From NCBI GenBank assembly GCA_008632985.1, contig QPGO01000002.1, positions 310,001 to 374,000 of the forward strand: a DNA stretch of 64,000 bases, read 5' to 3'. The notes beneath the pieces were generated by a model. The model saw only the letters and a list, made by a program, of their open reading frames with translations, had not been told where the DNA came from and searched no databases. This DNA is from Psammoneis japonica. Its lineage: Eukaryota. Shown here piece by piece: positions 1 to 12,910 of this stretch; within the stretch, counting starts at the first letter, position 1; each line of letters opens with the position of its first letter. The position numbers and the translations under genes were made by a program.

Positions 1-3000
1 CTGTGTCCCCAGCAACAATGATTCCTCTGTTTCCAACATTTTCAGATGCTGTGCAGACCGTCGCCAGCCACTGCACTCACAGGCAACTTCTCATGACCAG
101 CCGTTGGTCTGCTCAGAAATTGAAAAGGAGTTGCCTCTTACATTCCGCCAAAGCCTAAAGAGCCTCGACCCAGAGCTGGCCAGTCATTCAGCGGACTGTG
201 ATGATGTGGATCATCTGTTGCTTTTGCTCAACAAATTGTTGTTGCTCCACTCCTTTCACAGCTGTGGTTCTTCCCTGCACTCACAAACCAATTGCGTCAA
301 TGATGTTGAATGTTGCCTTGTTCTTTTGATGTTGGTGAAGGCACACATGGATGGAAAACATCAAAAGTTCCACAATTTGCTTCACTTGACAGCTGCTCTT
401 TGTTGACTGGGCACATTTTCTGGATGGACCTGCCAAGCCTCACAAGGTGAAGAAGAGTTCACCAGTCAGCTTGCAACCCAACTGCATGAGCAAAGTCTGT
501 TGGAGAGAGCAAACAACTTGATTGTCCGCCCCCTTGCCCCTGATGATTTGCCACCCAGCACAACATTGCACCACAACCTGGGGCACACTGTGTCCACAGT
601 TGACCGTGTTGACAAAACATTTAGAGGAAAGCACCAAGGCAACCAACTTGTCTCTTTCCGGCTCCATGTCTGATCAAGAGCTCTCGGATGACAAGATGTT
701 GTTTGTCCTTGACATGAAGGATGAGTGGCCAGAAATCTTTTTAAATGGTGACATGCACTCAGGAGGCAGGGGTGCACATGAAGTGAGACAAATCGTCAAA
801 ACAAAGTTTTTTTCCTCACATGATTTTCCTGAATTCCATCAACGTTCTTTGGCAGAATGCTGCAAGGTTGGAACATGACCGCACACTCTCTGGGTCAGTT
901 GTGTGATCGCATTTAGCAACAAATTCCTCTGGACCATGCCATTTGTTGACTGCGAAGAACTTGATCCTGTGTTTGAATCCATGTTTCTTTGTGGCAGCAG
1001 GGCACAACTCCTTGCATCGCATTGGCAAGAAGACTGTGCCGTTGTCATGCAGGAAAATAAAGTCCCATTTCAAACCATGCTTCTTTAGACAGTGCAGGTG
1101 GCAAGAGAGCTGGTCCATGCACACCATGGTCACTGACATTTTGTTGTTGCGCATCAGTCTCCGTGCAGCTTCACACATCTTCCATGCCTCCTCCAACTCA
1201 ATTCCACCGGAATCAACAACAAGATGGCTTTCCAACGAGGTGCCAACAGAATCCGTTTTCATCATCATCATTCAAAGTGGCGCTGGCAGCATTCTCAGCA
1301 GGACAATTCCCCAGGTGGGCACCTGATTGGATGTGCAAAGTGCCTCTTGCACTTCCCAGCTGGACTGCTTTCCGCGTTCTTTCTGGCGTGCCCATTTCCC
1401 TTTTGTTTCTTTCCGTCTGTTGTCAACTGACAAGCTGTGTCCTTTTCTTGTTCTGCAGAGTTTGGGTTGCGCAGCACTCTGTCTTGCTCCTCCAAAAAAC
1501 AAACAAACCAAGATGGACAATCCTGGGCTTTTGCTGATGTTCTGCCCACCTTGGATGGGAGGAACAGTGAACCTTGCCAAGGGCACCACTGCATTGTGCC
1601 TCTTGCACCAGGCGCGCACAATGCACTTGAACAGCTCACCTCTTGGTTGAGACAGAGCAAGGAGAACTCTGTCCCGGGATGGCAAGGAGACAGCAATTGA
1701 CACAGACCAAGCTGGCAGCGGTGCTCCGTTGTGCTCCCTGCAAACCAACCCCTTGCACTCTGCAACGTGTTGGAGACAAACAGCTCCGTTGCAGCAACTG
1801 CAAAACAAAATCCAAAGCCACGCAATGCACCCAAGCATTGTTGTTTGAGTCTTGTCCTCCTTCATGATCTTGGTGCACCTTCCGTCACTGCGATCAGATG
1901 TTGCACGCATTTCTGCCAAAGACAGAATTTTTTCTGTTGCCTCAGCCATTTCCTCTTGGTTGCTGAGTGGGTGGAGGTTGATTGCATCCAAGCATTCCTG
2001 CAACACTGCAGTCAAGGACTCTGCATGTGGACAATTTGCGTTCAACTCCAGCTTCTTCAACTGGCTGTCAAAGATCAACTGTGTGCACAACAAGTGAGCA
2101 AAGCAGTTGTTTGTCACAGGCACACAATTCTTCATCAGCTTGTCGACATTCTTTTTGGACAGAAACACAGACCAGTCCTTGACAAAATGCAAGGCCAAAT
2201 CAATGTTGTTGTGATCACAGCATCCAAATGCCAAGTTGCAGCTCCAACTGAGGAGGTGTGGGCATGGAACTCTCTTAGAATGTTCCACAGATCGTCTGGG
2301 CAGTTTGGCCATTGACACAAACATGTGGGAATGGGCGGGCAAACATGTCGGTGCAAAACGATTCATCAGGCATGTGTGTTGCGGTGATGACTCCTCTGAT
2401 GCACAAACGGGTTGGACTGCTGACGCTGATCATGTGTCCTTTGTTGCAGTTGGCACCCATGACATGGCAGACAGGATCCCACAATGTGGAGATTGTGGGA
2501 ATGTTGGTGGTCAGCTTGGAGGTGGCAAAGAGAAAGTTTGTGGATGGCCAGATGACCAACTGTGCATTGTGATGGCTGTGTGCCACAAGACAAAGTTCGT
2601 GACACGTGACAAGATCAAGTTGGCGCGTTTGGGAGCAAAATGCAGAAAAGGTTTGCAAACACCTCAACGTGGATGCAAGTGACTGTGCAGTTTGGTGGGA
2701 AGAGAACAAGGAGAAGGTGAGGAAAAGACCAAACAGGAGAAGAAACAACAGGCAGGAGGTTTGAAGAAAGAAGATGGTTGGCAAGTGCAGCTCAGGCAGC
2801 GCGTGGATGACATGGTGAGCAATGTTCTCACCCACTGATTCTTGCTCAGAGATGGCCAGATGTGATGGAGTGCCAAGTGTCAAAGACATCAAAAAGGGCA
2901 GGGCGTTGCCTCAAATGCACTTCTGGCTCTTGGAAAATTGCTGCTCCCCAGTGGCAGGAATGGAGCACTTTAAAACAGTGGACAGCCAAGGTGTCAGCAA

Positions 3001-5700
3001 TTGGCTGACAACAAGCACAGAAGCTTTTGCCAGGCTGATGCATGACAACTGCTGCAACACGGTCATGTGTTGGTGGCAGAGACAAAAGTGCAATTCAAAC
3101 AAAACAGAGGGGCACAGCAGCCAACCCAGCCCGTGGCACCCAAGCACACTTTCATGGGGAAAGGTGCAAAAAGAAATCAAGGATGGAACCAGGATGTGGG
3201 ATCAACAAGTGCAACAAACTCTGTGATGTGGATGAAAAAATTGGAGAGCGCACATGGCAAGAAAAGAAAGAAGAAAAAGAAGGACAGCATGGGGGGATGG
3301 GCAGCTCCGAAAACTGACTGGAGCAACAGCAAGGAGGAGGCCACAGGAAGGAACAACAAACAGGGGAGCAAAAAGGAAGAGACTCCAGAAGCAGCAGCAA
3401 CTGACAACAGCACTTCAACTCAAATGGGTTCTCAAGGAGGCAGAGCAAACAACAACCCACAGACAAAAGCGAGGGTGCAACAAGCATGCAGGCAGCATGG
3501 CAGCAACATTTGCTGGCATGCAGCAGATGACAATGACAGCAGAGGCACCGGCCAGGAAATCAACTCAGTTCAGCAGCTGCAACATTGTGGAGTGTGAACT
3601 GGGCGTTGACCGGAAAGAAATTTTTCACACGGTGAAAAGTGTCCAAGTGTTGCACTGTGATGTGTTGGGAACATTGCACGTGCTTGTCAGATTTGAGGCA
3701 CAGTTTGAAAGCAATGTGAGTTGGGGGCCAGACTGCGGGTGAGTTGTCACATGGTGAAAAGTGGGCGAGTGTCGCAGTTGAAAATGTTGGCAACATTGTC
3801 CGCATGGATGTTGCATTTAAATTTTCTTGCAACACATGACAAGGAAATTCTAAATCAAATTAAAAAAAATCAGACATGACGGGCAAGAATGTTGCGCGCG
3901 AGTTTGTGCACAAGGGACCTGCCACAACACAAAGCAACACAACAAACTTTTTCTGCATCAACTTTGAACCTGTTGCCCACGTTGATGGGTTGGCCATGCA
4001 TGCAAAAAGACTTGGTCAGAAAAATCTTCATGAAATCATGAAAACAGAGGCAAGGCTCAATGCCCTGGACCAAAACCCAAATTCGCTGGCATCAACTTGT
4101 GGCTGGCTCCAATGTTGACATGCTTGTCCCAACTTTGGGTTGGTTTGCATTCAGCAGCTTGGGGGCAAAAAACATGGGCCCAACTCTGACAACACAGATT
4201 AATGTCATGAGTCCATGGCTTTCTGCTTGGGCTCATCTTGCTGTGTTTGAAGTGCACCAGGATGAGCCAAACTCACAAAATGGAGCAGGTGATCACAAGG
4301 AACAGCACTCAGCTTGAGATTGGTTGGTGATTCTTTCATCACACTGCCTCGCTTGTCTCAGATTGATGGAAAAAGCCACACCAACACAGGCCCAAATCGG
4401 GCACAACAAAACCCCAAGGTTGCTTGACATTTTTTTTAAACCACCATGCCCCAACTTTTTGAGAGCAGCAGTGCTGGGCTGCACTCCAGAAAAATGACAA
4501 AAAGTCACCATCTGCTGCAAACAAGTCAGAAGCCCAGCATTTTGTTGTGACGCAGCTCACAATGATTTTCAACGCATGCCTGTGATTGTCCCAAACTGAC
4601 TGCACTGTGCACTGAACCAAAAACAAACACTTTGGATGTTGTGTGTCAAGTGAGCTTTGGAGCTGTGTGGGGTCCCCTTTGGGGTGCCCACTCCAAAGAT
4701 GACCATGTGACCAAAAACCACAGTGGGTGTGCTGCCAGTGGCAAAAAGCTTCAAAATGGTTGCACATGGCTGAGTTGCCACATGCCATCAATGTGCACAC
4801 TTGCAGCTTCACAAAATGTTGCAAGCTGGCTGGTCTTTCTGCAATTCTGTGCCACACAGCCAGCTGAGTGGACACACAGTTCTCACCCAAGATGACTCTT
4901 TCACCTCCTTCCAATTCTGCCACCACAAAATTGAGGGAACATTGTGGTGCTTCCTCTCTTTGCAAAGAAGAATGTGGCCAAATCCCTCAAATCACACCAG
5001 TCTCTGCTGGCACATGTGCCTGAAATGTGTGCTTGCAATGCTGAGATGACCTGTTGAATGAAATCTGAAACACCATGTGAGTCTGTCAGACATGAAGCAC
5101 AGTGCAATCACAGCCATTTTTCACACAACCTTTGAGACAACAACAACTCTCCTTGACCAAAGATTGCGATGGATGCAACTTCATCACAGAATCCAATGAC
5201 TTTGCAAGTCTTCAGAGCAGACATTTGAAGCTCTTGACTTTCCCATTTTTGTCAGCTTCAGTTTTTTTGTTGACTGTGCTTCTTGCTCTCCAGCACAGCT
5301 TTGTGGTGCCACCACCCCCTCCTTTTTGGCAGCTTTTTTGGCTTTTCTCTAACTTTGCTGCTCACCGGAATCTTCAACATTTGAGCAGAAACTGACAATG
5401 GACATGCCCATGCATTTTCTTTGCCCAATTTCTTCCTTCATCACACCTCTCAGGGTGTGGTTCAATGCCAAATGGTTTTCCTTTGGGATGACAAGATGAC
5501 CTTTCCCACCACCAACATCAACAAAGCTGCTGGCTGAGGCACTGCTCATGTCCATCAAATGGAGGCTGCAAAGTGCACCCAAAACAAAGCCAAATCCCAG
5601 CTGACCTCTGTGGGAAGTCATGCCACCTCCTTGCATTGCTCCATCAACAAACGGCAGCTCACCACCTGACCTTCAGAGGTTTTGTCAATCGTCAATTCAT
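1..5700. mobile_element. TpA- and CpG-depleted degenerate transposon block
   Basis: TA is nearly absent and CG scarce, with a strong excess of TG/CA. Dense overlapping Cys/His-rich, Tyr-free ORFs in all six frames. Same composition as the identifiable TEs at 45-59 kb. Confidence 0.7.
104..880 (+). pseudogene. Possible Plavaka-like DNA transposase C-terminal remnant
   Basis: KHQKFHNLLHL followed in frame by xxxLC*LGxFxG and EEFTSQLA resembles the K-x-x-KFH-x-x-x-H region of Plavaka-type transposases. A nearby ORF at 2822-3226 has TEAFARLMHDN, like the DEAFALL-x-x-EN accessory ORFs. Recognised by eye only. Confidence 0.35.
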
Positions 5701-6280
5701 TCACTGAATGGCTTGATAAAAGCAATGGATGTCTAGAGAAGGGTGTCGTCCCAGAGAAAAACTTCTGGATGGTGCAACACAACGTGAATAGCGCCAAGAT
5801 CGCACCGGCATCCCACACCCGATGCACTTCTTTTCAGCTCGTTGCTTCGAATTTACCACGACTCCTTTCTTCTTGCATGTGGACGATGCACCAAGAAAAA
5901 AACAAGGAGACTCACAGTCAGCTTACAGGACTGGTGATCGAACAGAGCGATTCTGAATCCTTGGAGGCCATTGCCCAGGTTGTCGACGAGCTGCTGCCTG
6001 AAATCAAAAAGGCGCCCAAGGATGCCGTCGTCAACCGTTTGGTGTGTGTATCCTGTTCGGACTCTAAGCTAGTGACTACTGTGCCTCTTTGTGACTTTGG
6101 TCCTTGGGAAGAGAATACTTTTGCTTCGGAGAGTTCCTTGAAAAGATCAAGGCGATTTACGGATAGTGTCCCAGGTAGAGACGCAAACTATCACCAATGT
6201 GGAAATCGAAATCTAAGTGACAGAAGAAAGACACTGTATGTAAACAAGTAAATTATAGTTAGCCAGCTAAAGAAATCAGA

Positions 6281-6384
6281 CAAGATCTTAATGCATTGTG
6301 TTGCCGAAAGATTGGATCTACTAGTCTCGGAATACAAGATCTTAATGCATTATGTTGCCGAAAGATTGGATCTATTAGTCTCAG
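6281..6384. repeat. Two ~50-bp direct repeats
   Basis: caagatcttaatgcatt[g/a]tgttgccgaaagattggatcta[c/t]tagtctc occurs twice in tandem. Confidence 0.85.
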
Positions 6385-6649
6385 GGACCAGCTGCTTCAT
6401 GCCATATATGTTAGATAAAAATAAAGCAAGAAGCATCGCAGCATGCTGGCGGTGTTTACCCTCGCTGATTTGGCATAGTTGCCGTAGTCTCTTTTTTTGG
6501 ATAGCTGGGTGTTCATACTGCAGGCCGGTCGAAGTGTTGGTCGGCAGCTCAAAGCTCCAAACGCAACCGCAGGTCGCAGGGCTGCTGGTGCCGATCCATG
6601 CCGGGCGTATCCCACACAGACACCCACCCTGCAACACCGCCTACTCCAA

Positions 6650-6960
6650 CTCTAATGCCACTTCTGCCAAAACAAACGCCGCCTAGCCTACTCCAACTTC
6701 ACAGACTGAATTGCTGGCTGCTCCAACGCCAAAGACTGTAACGCAAGCTGCGTTAATGACACCGTCAATGATGCCACTGGTGCCATGCCAAGTCGTACAC
6801 AGACTCCCACCCAGTGCCGCCTACTCCAACTATAAGTCCACCTACGCCAACACAAACGCCGCCTACTCCACCACCACCGACTGAATCGCCGGCTGCTCCA
6901 ACGCCAAAGACTGATGCCGCCTGCGTCAATGATGCCACCTGTGTGTGCCATGCCAAAGAC
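6650..6960. repeat. Imperfect tandem duplication (~175-bp period) with Pro/Thr-rich coding potential
   Basis: gactgaat[t/c]gc[t/c]ggctgctccaacgccaaagactg at ~6704 and ~6879; repeated gccgcctactcca motifs. Confidence 0.6.
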
Positions 6961-7374
6961 TATAACGCCAACATGTTGCGAGTGTCATGCATATAATACC
7001 GGGTACAGCTGTCCATTATGATCGTTTCACCCACTAGAACAAGCCGTTGTCATTGCGAAAGTTGAAAGAGGAAATAAAAGATGTACTGTCCGTTTGGCGA
7101 TTGCTTCCGACTTTTTTTTTCCCGCTCGTCAAAAAAGTTTGCACAAGATCGTTTCTAGGACAAAATTTCACACTGAATCGAATGGGCCACCTTGCACCTT
7201 AAAAGAGGCACTGGTCAAGCACTCGGTTGCTTGGAGAGTGGTATTTCCGGAGAAGGACGTTTCCTCAAGCTTCATCGTCTTGAATATCATGTACTGGCAT
7301 TCATTCTCACTTTTTTTTTTTGACTAGTCTCAGAAGAAGGATTTGAGGCATTTCATCCAAGAATTGGCAAGATA

Positions 7375-7776
7375 ATGGAGAACCTTACTCCAATGATATC
7401 TACGACCCAACGCGTCAAGACTACTTTCCGTCGACTTACTGTGGGATTCAATGAAGAAGTGCAACAAGTTGTGAGCGACGTTGTTGAGAAAACGGCGGGG
7501 AAAGCAAGAGGTGCAGGAACTTACAATGTTTCAAACAACACCAGAGCGAGTCAGAGCGTGGATCTAGTACAGGCAGAGGACCTTCAAGATGTCAATGGTG
7601 AGTACTTGGTGCTCTCTGACGAGAGCATCATCCCCTCGGCCTGGCTTGATGTTTACGCCATGTCCTCGGCGAACCGCGCCCCGGACGACTGGAGTGCGGC
7701 ATTTGTGGACAGTGATACCCTGGGGGATAAAGTGAAAGAGAAGGCAAAATACTGCTCAGTTGGGCGTTTAAAATGA
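7375..7776 (+). CDS. Hypothetical protein or terminal exon
   Basis: 133-aa ORF with protein-like composition and normal TA content; no motif recognised. Confidence 0.35.
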   Translation: MENLTPMISTTQRVKTTFRRLTVGFNEEVQQVVSDVVEKTAGKARGAGTYNVSNNTRASQSVDLVQAEDLQDVNGEYLVLSDESIIPSAWLDVYAMSSANRAPDDWSAAFVDSDTLGDKVKEKAKYCSVGRLK

Positions 7777-8550
7777 AAATACGGGGTTACAAACCAACAA
7801 ACAACTCGTACCTGATTTGGTTTTTACCTTGTGTTGATGTTATCGATTATCGGGATTGTGGCTAAAGAAGACGTAATTTCAAAGGAACATGTGGATTCAG
7901 AAGAGGGTTACGAGTAACATGCTGTAGGTCTGACGACAATTGAAGTGGCATCAGTAGCGCAATAGCTGCAAACCATCGACCGCCGCCATTGTCGAATGAT
8001 TGAAAAAATAATGTTATATGTCGGCATGAATTTTGTGTACCAGATTTGCACGTACCTTTCTACGCTAGTACAAAAAATTCATTTCTACGAAGCTAAAATG
8101 CCGCTCTGAAACTAACACCGTGGCTCGCTCGCTGCGCGGCGCGCGCTCACTCTCCATCGTCAGTCTATGCGTCGACCGTTCTTCGCGCGCGCGCTCATCC
8201 GTCCGTCATGCGCACGCATTGCGCTCTGCATGGTGGTATTTTTTAATATTTTATACAAATCTTATAAAATGCAAATAATTCATAAATAAATAATATATGC
8301 ATATGATAATATTTATTTTAAAATAGAGGATATGTTTTTCGGATATGTTTTTCGTCAGCGTCGGTGATCGAAAGTGACCAACGGATACATGATTTACATA
8401 GGAACTTCTACGTGCGGTCACTAAAAGTCATTGGCGTCACTGAACAGTGACTACTCAATCCCCGGACATAACGCCTGCATAACCGCCGGCGACTGCACGC
8501 GCCTTTGCCCGGATTTTGTTTGAAACTCTCACACAAGTTCGTCGTTGTCA

Positions 8551-9687
8551 ATGGACGAGTCCGACAAGGAGAGCAACGCATCGCAAGGACAATCTTCCTT
8601 GGAAAGGAAGAGAGAGCAGAGCCGCAAGAGTTCGACCAAGCATCGAGAGAAGAAGAAACGAGAGAAGAAAGAAGCCGAGGAGAAGAAGAAGGCGGAGGAG
8701 GAGGAGAAAAAGGCCAAGAGTCGCGAATCTAGCCGTAGACACCGCGAGAAAAAGAAGCTGGAAGCGCTACAGAAAAAACAGCACGAAATGGACACGTTGA
8801 AGAAGATTTTCTTAAGTCAGGACTCCCAGCAAGCCCACCCTCAGGAAGAGGCCCGTCATGAGTCGGGCGCTCTCTTCACGCAACCGACTCCCAACCGTTA
8901 CCATCAAGGCAGTCCCGCCGCCATGATGACTCCTCGACAAGCCCCTTCTCCCTTTGCAAGGACGTTCACTCCAGAAGTATTCAGTCAGATTGACGAGTCT
9001 TTCAAGAGCTCGAAACGGAACGATGAGAGGGCAACCCAGATTTTGGATCAGCATCAGCAACAGATGTATCAGCATCAGCAACAGATGTATCAGCATCAGC
9101 AACAGATGTATTCTTCGCGCCAAAAGTTTGAGGAACACAACCGAAAGCGCCAACGTACCGAAGAACAGCATCGTGAGTTCCTGATGAACGCAAGCACTAT
9201 ACCAACTCCCAACAAGCGTTTCAAGTCGAGTCATCCGTCGTCTGAATTCACGTCGAACGAGTTCAATGCAACCTTACATTCGGCAAAGTCGGATGGTCCA
9301 GCCCCATTCAAGCCAAACGTGTCTCCCGTCTTCAATGCGAATCTTGATTCTACGAAGAAGAATATCAACTTTGGACAATATCACACTAGGAATCTTGATT
9401 CCCACCACAAGTTTCGCATGGATGACTACGGTGTTGATACGGTCCAGAAGGCGAAGGAAAATGAACCGAATGAGAAGGCCGGCGTTGCCACTCTGGGTTC
9501 CAAGCATGTGGTTGCATTTGCGAAGGGTGATATTGTGTACTACACCAAGGATGGCGAGAAATATAAGGCGGAGATTCTCGATACTTACAAGGATGACAAG
9601 CTCGATCCGTATTACTTTGTTCGTGTCTTCAAGCCCACCGGGTCCGTCGACAAGGACACGGAATCCAAATACCTCTCCGCCTTTTAG
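8551..9687 (+). CDS. Protein with K/E-rich coiled coil, bZIP-like basic segment, Q-rich repeat and C-terminal SH3/Tudor-like beta domain
   Basis: Intronless ORF from the ATG at 8551. Basic motif AKSRESSRRHREKKK, (QHQQQMY)x3, and C-terminal FAKGDIVYY...AEIL...DDKLDPYY...DKDT...YL. Confidence 0.75.
   Translation: MDESDKESNASQGQSSLERKREQSRKSSTKHREKKKREKKEAEEKKKAEEEEKKAKSRESSRRHREKKKLEALQKKQHEMDTLKKIFLSQDSQQAHPQEEARHESGALFTQPTPNRYHQGSPAAMMTPRQAPSPFARTFTPEVFSQIDESFKSSKRNDERATQILDQHQQQMYQHQQQMYQHQQQMYSSRQKFEEHNRKRQRTEEQHREFLMNASTIPTPNKRFKSSHPSSEFTSNEFNATLHSAKSDGPAPFKPNVSPVFNANLDSTKKNINFGQYHTRNLDSHHKFRMDDYGVDTVQKAKENEPNEKAGVATLGSKHVVAFAKGDIVYYTKDGEKYKAEILDTYKDDKLDPYYFVRVFKPTGSVDKDTESKYLSAF
9049..9111 (+). 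repeat. 21-bp coding tandem repeat x3
   Basis: cagcatcagcaacagatgtat repeated three times perfectly. Confidence 0.95.
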
Positions 9688-12004
9688 ACATGAGACAGAA
9701 TTGAAACACTGTCAACCGCAGACGGATACGAAACGGAGTAGCGCGTAGAATGCATTGATTACAATAAGTTTGTACTAGGCAGAGTTTTCATAATGGACCT
9801 TTACTAGTTATCTGGCTCGTTTTGTTCGTAGCATAGTATACCGGTACCGTTTTTTCGTGGAGCGTCGCCGGATGATAAGGGTTTTGCGTATTCAGCTGCT
9901 CTTATCTTTCGTCTTGGACATCTTGATCACTCCCACGCTCGTCTTGTGGACACTTTTATCGATAAGCCCAGATAAATAATTCTTACATCTTTCATAGCTC
10001 GTTCTTGAATGATAATCTCGTTCCCTGATTCGGGAATGAGATGATCGGTAAGATTCAAAAACTGAATATCGCTAGCAGCATCCAAGATCCTTCACCTTGG
10101 AGTCGCGTATTCGAAGAGTCACTATATCCCTTTCGCTAACCGAAGCAAAGTCGGCGTGCGATTTGGCTTTGGATTTACACAGTGCTCGTGAACACGCACC
10201 AAACCACAGCGAGGAGCAGTTTCTAAAGAAATCATGAACATAGCACAATGGTGAGAGACAGCTATACGATCAGCTTCCCTTTGGCAAGTTCCACTTGCCA
10301 TCACGAAATCCCGATCCGATTTGAGAAGCGGCAAACGGAATCTGTTGAGCATTTGTGTCCAAGAGACGTTTCAAATTGACAAAAAGACCCTGTGCGTTTT
10401 CCGGCCTCAAATATCAAACGCTCGAAACTTGGGGTCCGATGCTGGTCTTGAACATGAGGCTAAAAGGCTCTCCAGAAAAAGGTTTTGCCTGCGTCATAGA
10501 GCCGAGTGTGTCACACATTCCCATAATCAAGAACTGGACGACGCGATGCTTTTTCCATCTCCCCTCAAGCGCGCGTAGTGTACACTACAAAGAATCCTTG
10601 ACGTTATGGAACAGCGGGTTGACAAAGATGTCATACTTTGTCCGAGCTACTGCAAAGCTGTCGATTCGATCAGAACTCACCGCGACGATCACCCATAGAC
10701 AGCGGAGCCCAGATTGCAACTCTAATCTTTCTATCCTGCCTAATGGCAGACGCTCTCTGGTTCCAGATTGGAGTTTCTGGTCTTGAAAACTCACAGTGCT
10801 GGCGCAACAGCATCGTCTCTCGCAACACCCCATTGGTCTTTGCTGGCCTCCAGTACGAACACGTACAGTCGTATGCTCAAAATCGTGGTTGCAACCATAG
10901 AAAGATAGAAATATAGGATTGAATAGCCACATCATATTCAAAGTAGATATTGGACCCTTTTTTTGCAACACACCTTTGTTGACAAGATTGCCTGATGCCT
11001 GTTTCTGTTTCGAAAGCGCCTCTAATTCGATCACAAATGCCTTACGCCCTGGAAAGAGATGCCAACCATGCATTTTCCAGTCATTCTGCGGTTTTGGTCC
11101 CTTTTTTTCGGTACACAATGACTCAATCGCAGGGCTCCATTGTACGCAATTCTAAGAGCCGCGCCGTAACAACTTCTGACGCCGTTGATTGCAATAGGAA
11201 ACTTGCCCATTTCTTTGTCATTCCGTACGATATCTACCGTTTTGCTTACAAGAATAGCCGACTGGGCAAGTAAAGTCCAGAAAGCTGCTCCGGGTGGAGA
11301 CAAGAACAAAACGGCGTTGAAGCAACAGGCTTCGCACACGGCGTGTCAAAGTTCTGGATGCTCTACTCAGCAGCGTATTGCTTACAATACCATTCAGTAT
11401 CAATGCAACTACAAAGAATGAAACGAAGCGATACATCCAAGCGGAGAATGTGCTTCAGCGAGAGGCTACCGGTATTTCTGTTTCTCTTGAAAGCCTTATT
11501 GTCCGTTCAGATCCTCTAATTTTTTTTAACTTCAAAAATTGAAATTTTGATCACAACGGATGCCGCCTTATAATCGAATGCTTAAAACCTGAATATCCAA
11601 TTGAAGATTTGACCGTTAGCTTTACATTGAATATGAGGCTTGCCCGTTAACTTGTATTATATATATATATATTTTTTTAAATTTTCAATCAATTTTAATT
11701 GAAGGTCTGCTGCCGGAACGAGCGAAGTTGACGCCGAACAAAATGACACAACAACTTGAAACTACGCTGCACCGCAAACCACGACACTTCCACCGGCACT
11801 GTAGTAGAGAGTAGAGGCATAACGCTTGACCTCGATGACATGCCATAGAGGCAACAAACTTTCAACAGCAAATCGCAGCACACAGTCTGACGTCGTCTCA
11901 GGTCATTGCAGCAGCAAAACGGTTTTCTCTCCGGTCCGGTCGGTGTAGCGCTCACCGCATTTTCTTCACTCTAGCGCGGAACTGCGGCTTTACATTGAAG
12001 AAAT

Positions 12005-12910
12005 ATGGACTTGAATGCGTCTCTTCTCACGGCCATTAGAATTGGCACTGCAGACGATGTTCGCAGCGTTCTTCAAGGTGGAGCAAACCCCAACGCAACT
12101 GTGACTCTCCGCTCACCCGCGGACGAAGACGATGATCCGATTGTTGTCAAACCAGTCTTTTTTGTTATCGGTTGTGATAATGCAGCCGATCGAGACGCCA
12201 AACTTCAGGTCTTGCTGGATGCTGGAGCAAGTCCGACGGATGAGCTGGAAGGTTACACACCACTGGGTTCTGCATGTTTGGCCGGTCGTCCGTCCCTGGT
12301 GCAAATTCTGTTGTCTCATGGAGTGGATGTAAACAACCAATGCTCTCCTCATGGGACACCATTGCATGATGCTGCATTCCATGAAAATGCTGAAATTTGT
12401 CTGCTGTTGTTGCAGAATGGTGCTGATGCAAATTCAAAGGATCCCGACGGTTTGTCGCCGCTTCACGCTGCAACGTACCGTGGAGCCGTAGACGTGGCGC
12501 GAGTGCTCCTGGCGAACGGAGCTTGCATTAATGACGCCACAAATGATTTTTCTCTAACGCCTTTGCACTTTGCCGGTGTTGCAGACATGGCAAGATTGCT
12601 CGTGGAACACGGAGCTGATTTGAGCGTTACTTGCGTCCGAGGACAAACGGCGTTGCAGCGCGCACTTAAGAGGGGCAAACATGCGGTGGTCTCTGTCTTG
12701 ATGGAGGCGCATGGGCAGAAACTATTGAAGTGTGATCATGTTCATCCGATGTTATGGGCCCATGTCTTGGCCAAAGTGGGGGAGAGGAGCACGGACATGT
12801 CTAGAGTGGGCATCAATTACGCCTTACTTCGCGAAAAACCGGATCTGTTTGGCTACAAGAATGCCGGCAGAAAAAGAAAGCAACCCGATCGTTCTGTTCC
12901 AGAATGGTAA
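12005..12910 (+). CDS. Ankyrin repeat protein
   Basis: Repeated ankyrin consensus: GYTPLGSAC...LLSHGVDVN, GTPLHDAA...LLQNGADAN, GLSPLHAA...LLANGACIN, LTPLHFA...LVEHGADL, GQTALQRA. Confidence 0.92.
   Translation: MDLNASLLTAIRIGTADDVRSVLQGGANPNATVTLRSPADEDDDPIVVKPVFFVIGCDNAADRDAKLQVLLDAGASPTDELEGYTPLGSACLAGRPSLVQILLSHGVDVNNQCSPHGTPLHDAAFHENAEICLLLLQNGADANSKDPDGLSPLHAATYRGAVDVARVLLANGACINDATNDFSLTPLHFAGVADMARLLVEHGADLSVTCVRGQTALQRALKRGKHAVVSVLMEAHGQKLLKCDHVHPMLWAHVLAKVGERSTDMSRVGINYALLREKPDLFGYKNAGRKRKQPDRSVPEW

Noticed and set aside
816..5636. Numerous 60-364 aa Cys/His-rich ORFs as real genes or metal-binding proteins
   Set aside because: They occur in all six frames and lack Tyr; explained by loss of TAA/TAG and Tyr->Cys/His conversion.
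6281..6384. Direct repeats as a CRISPR array
   Set aside because: Only two units, no spacers, no cas genes, eukaryotic context.
10122..11436. Several short ORFs between the 8551 gene and the ankyrin gene
   Set aside because: No recognisable motif or consistent frame; possibly a decayed gene, but unsupported.
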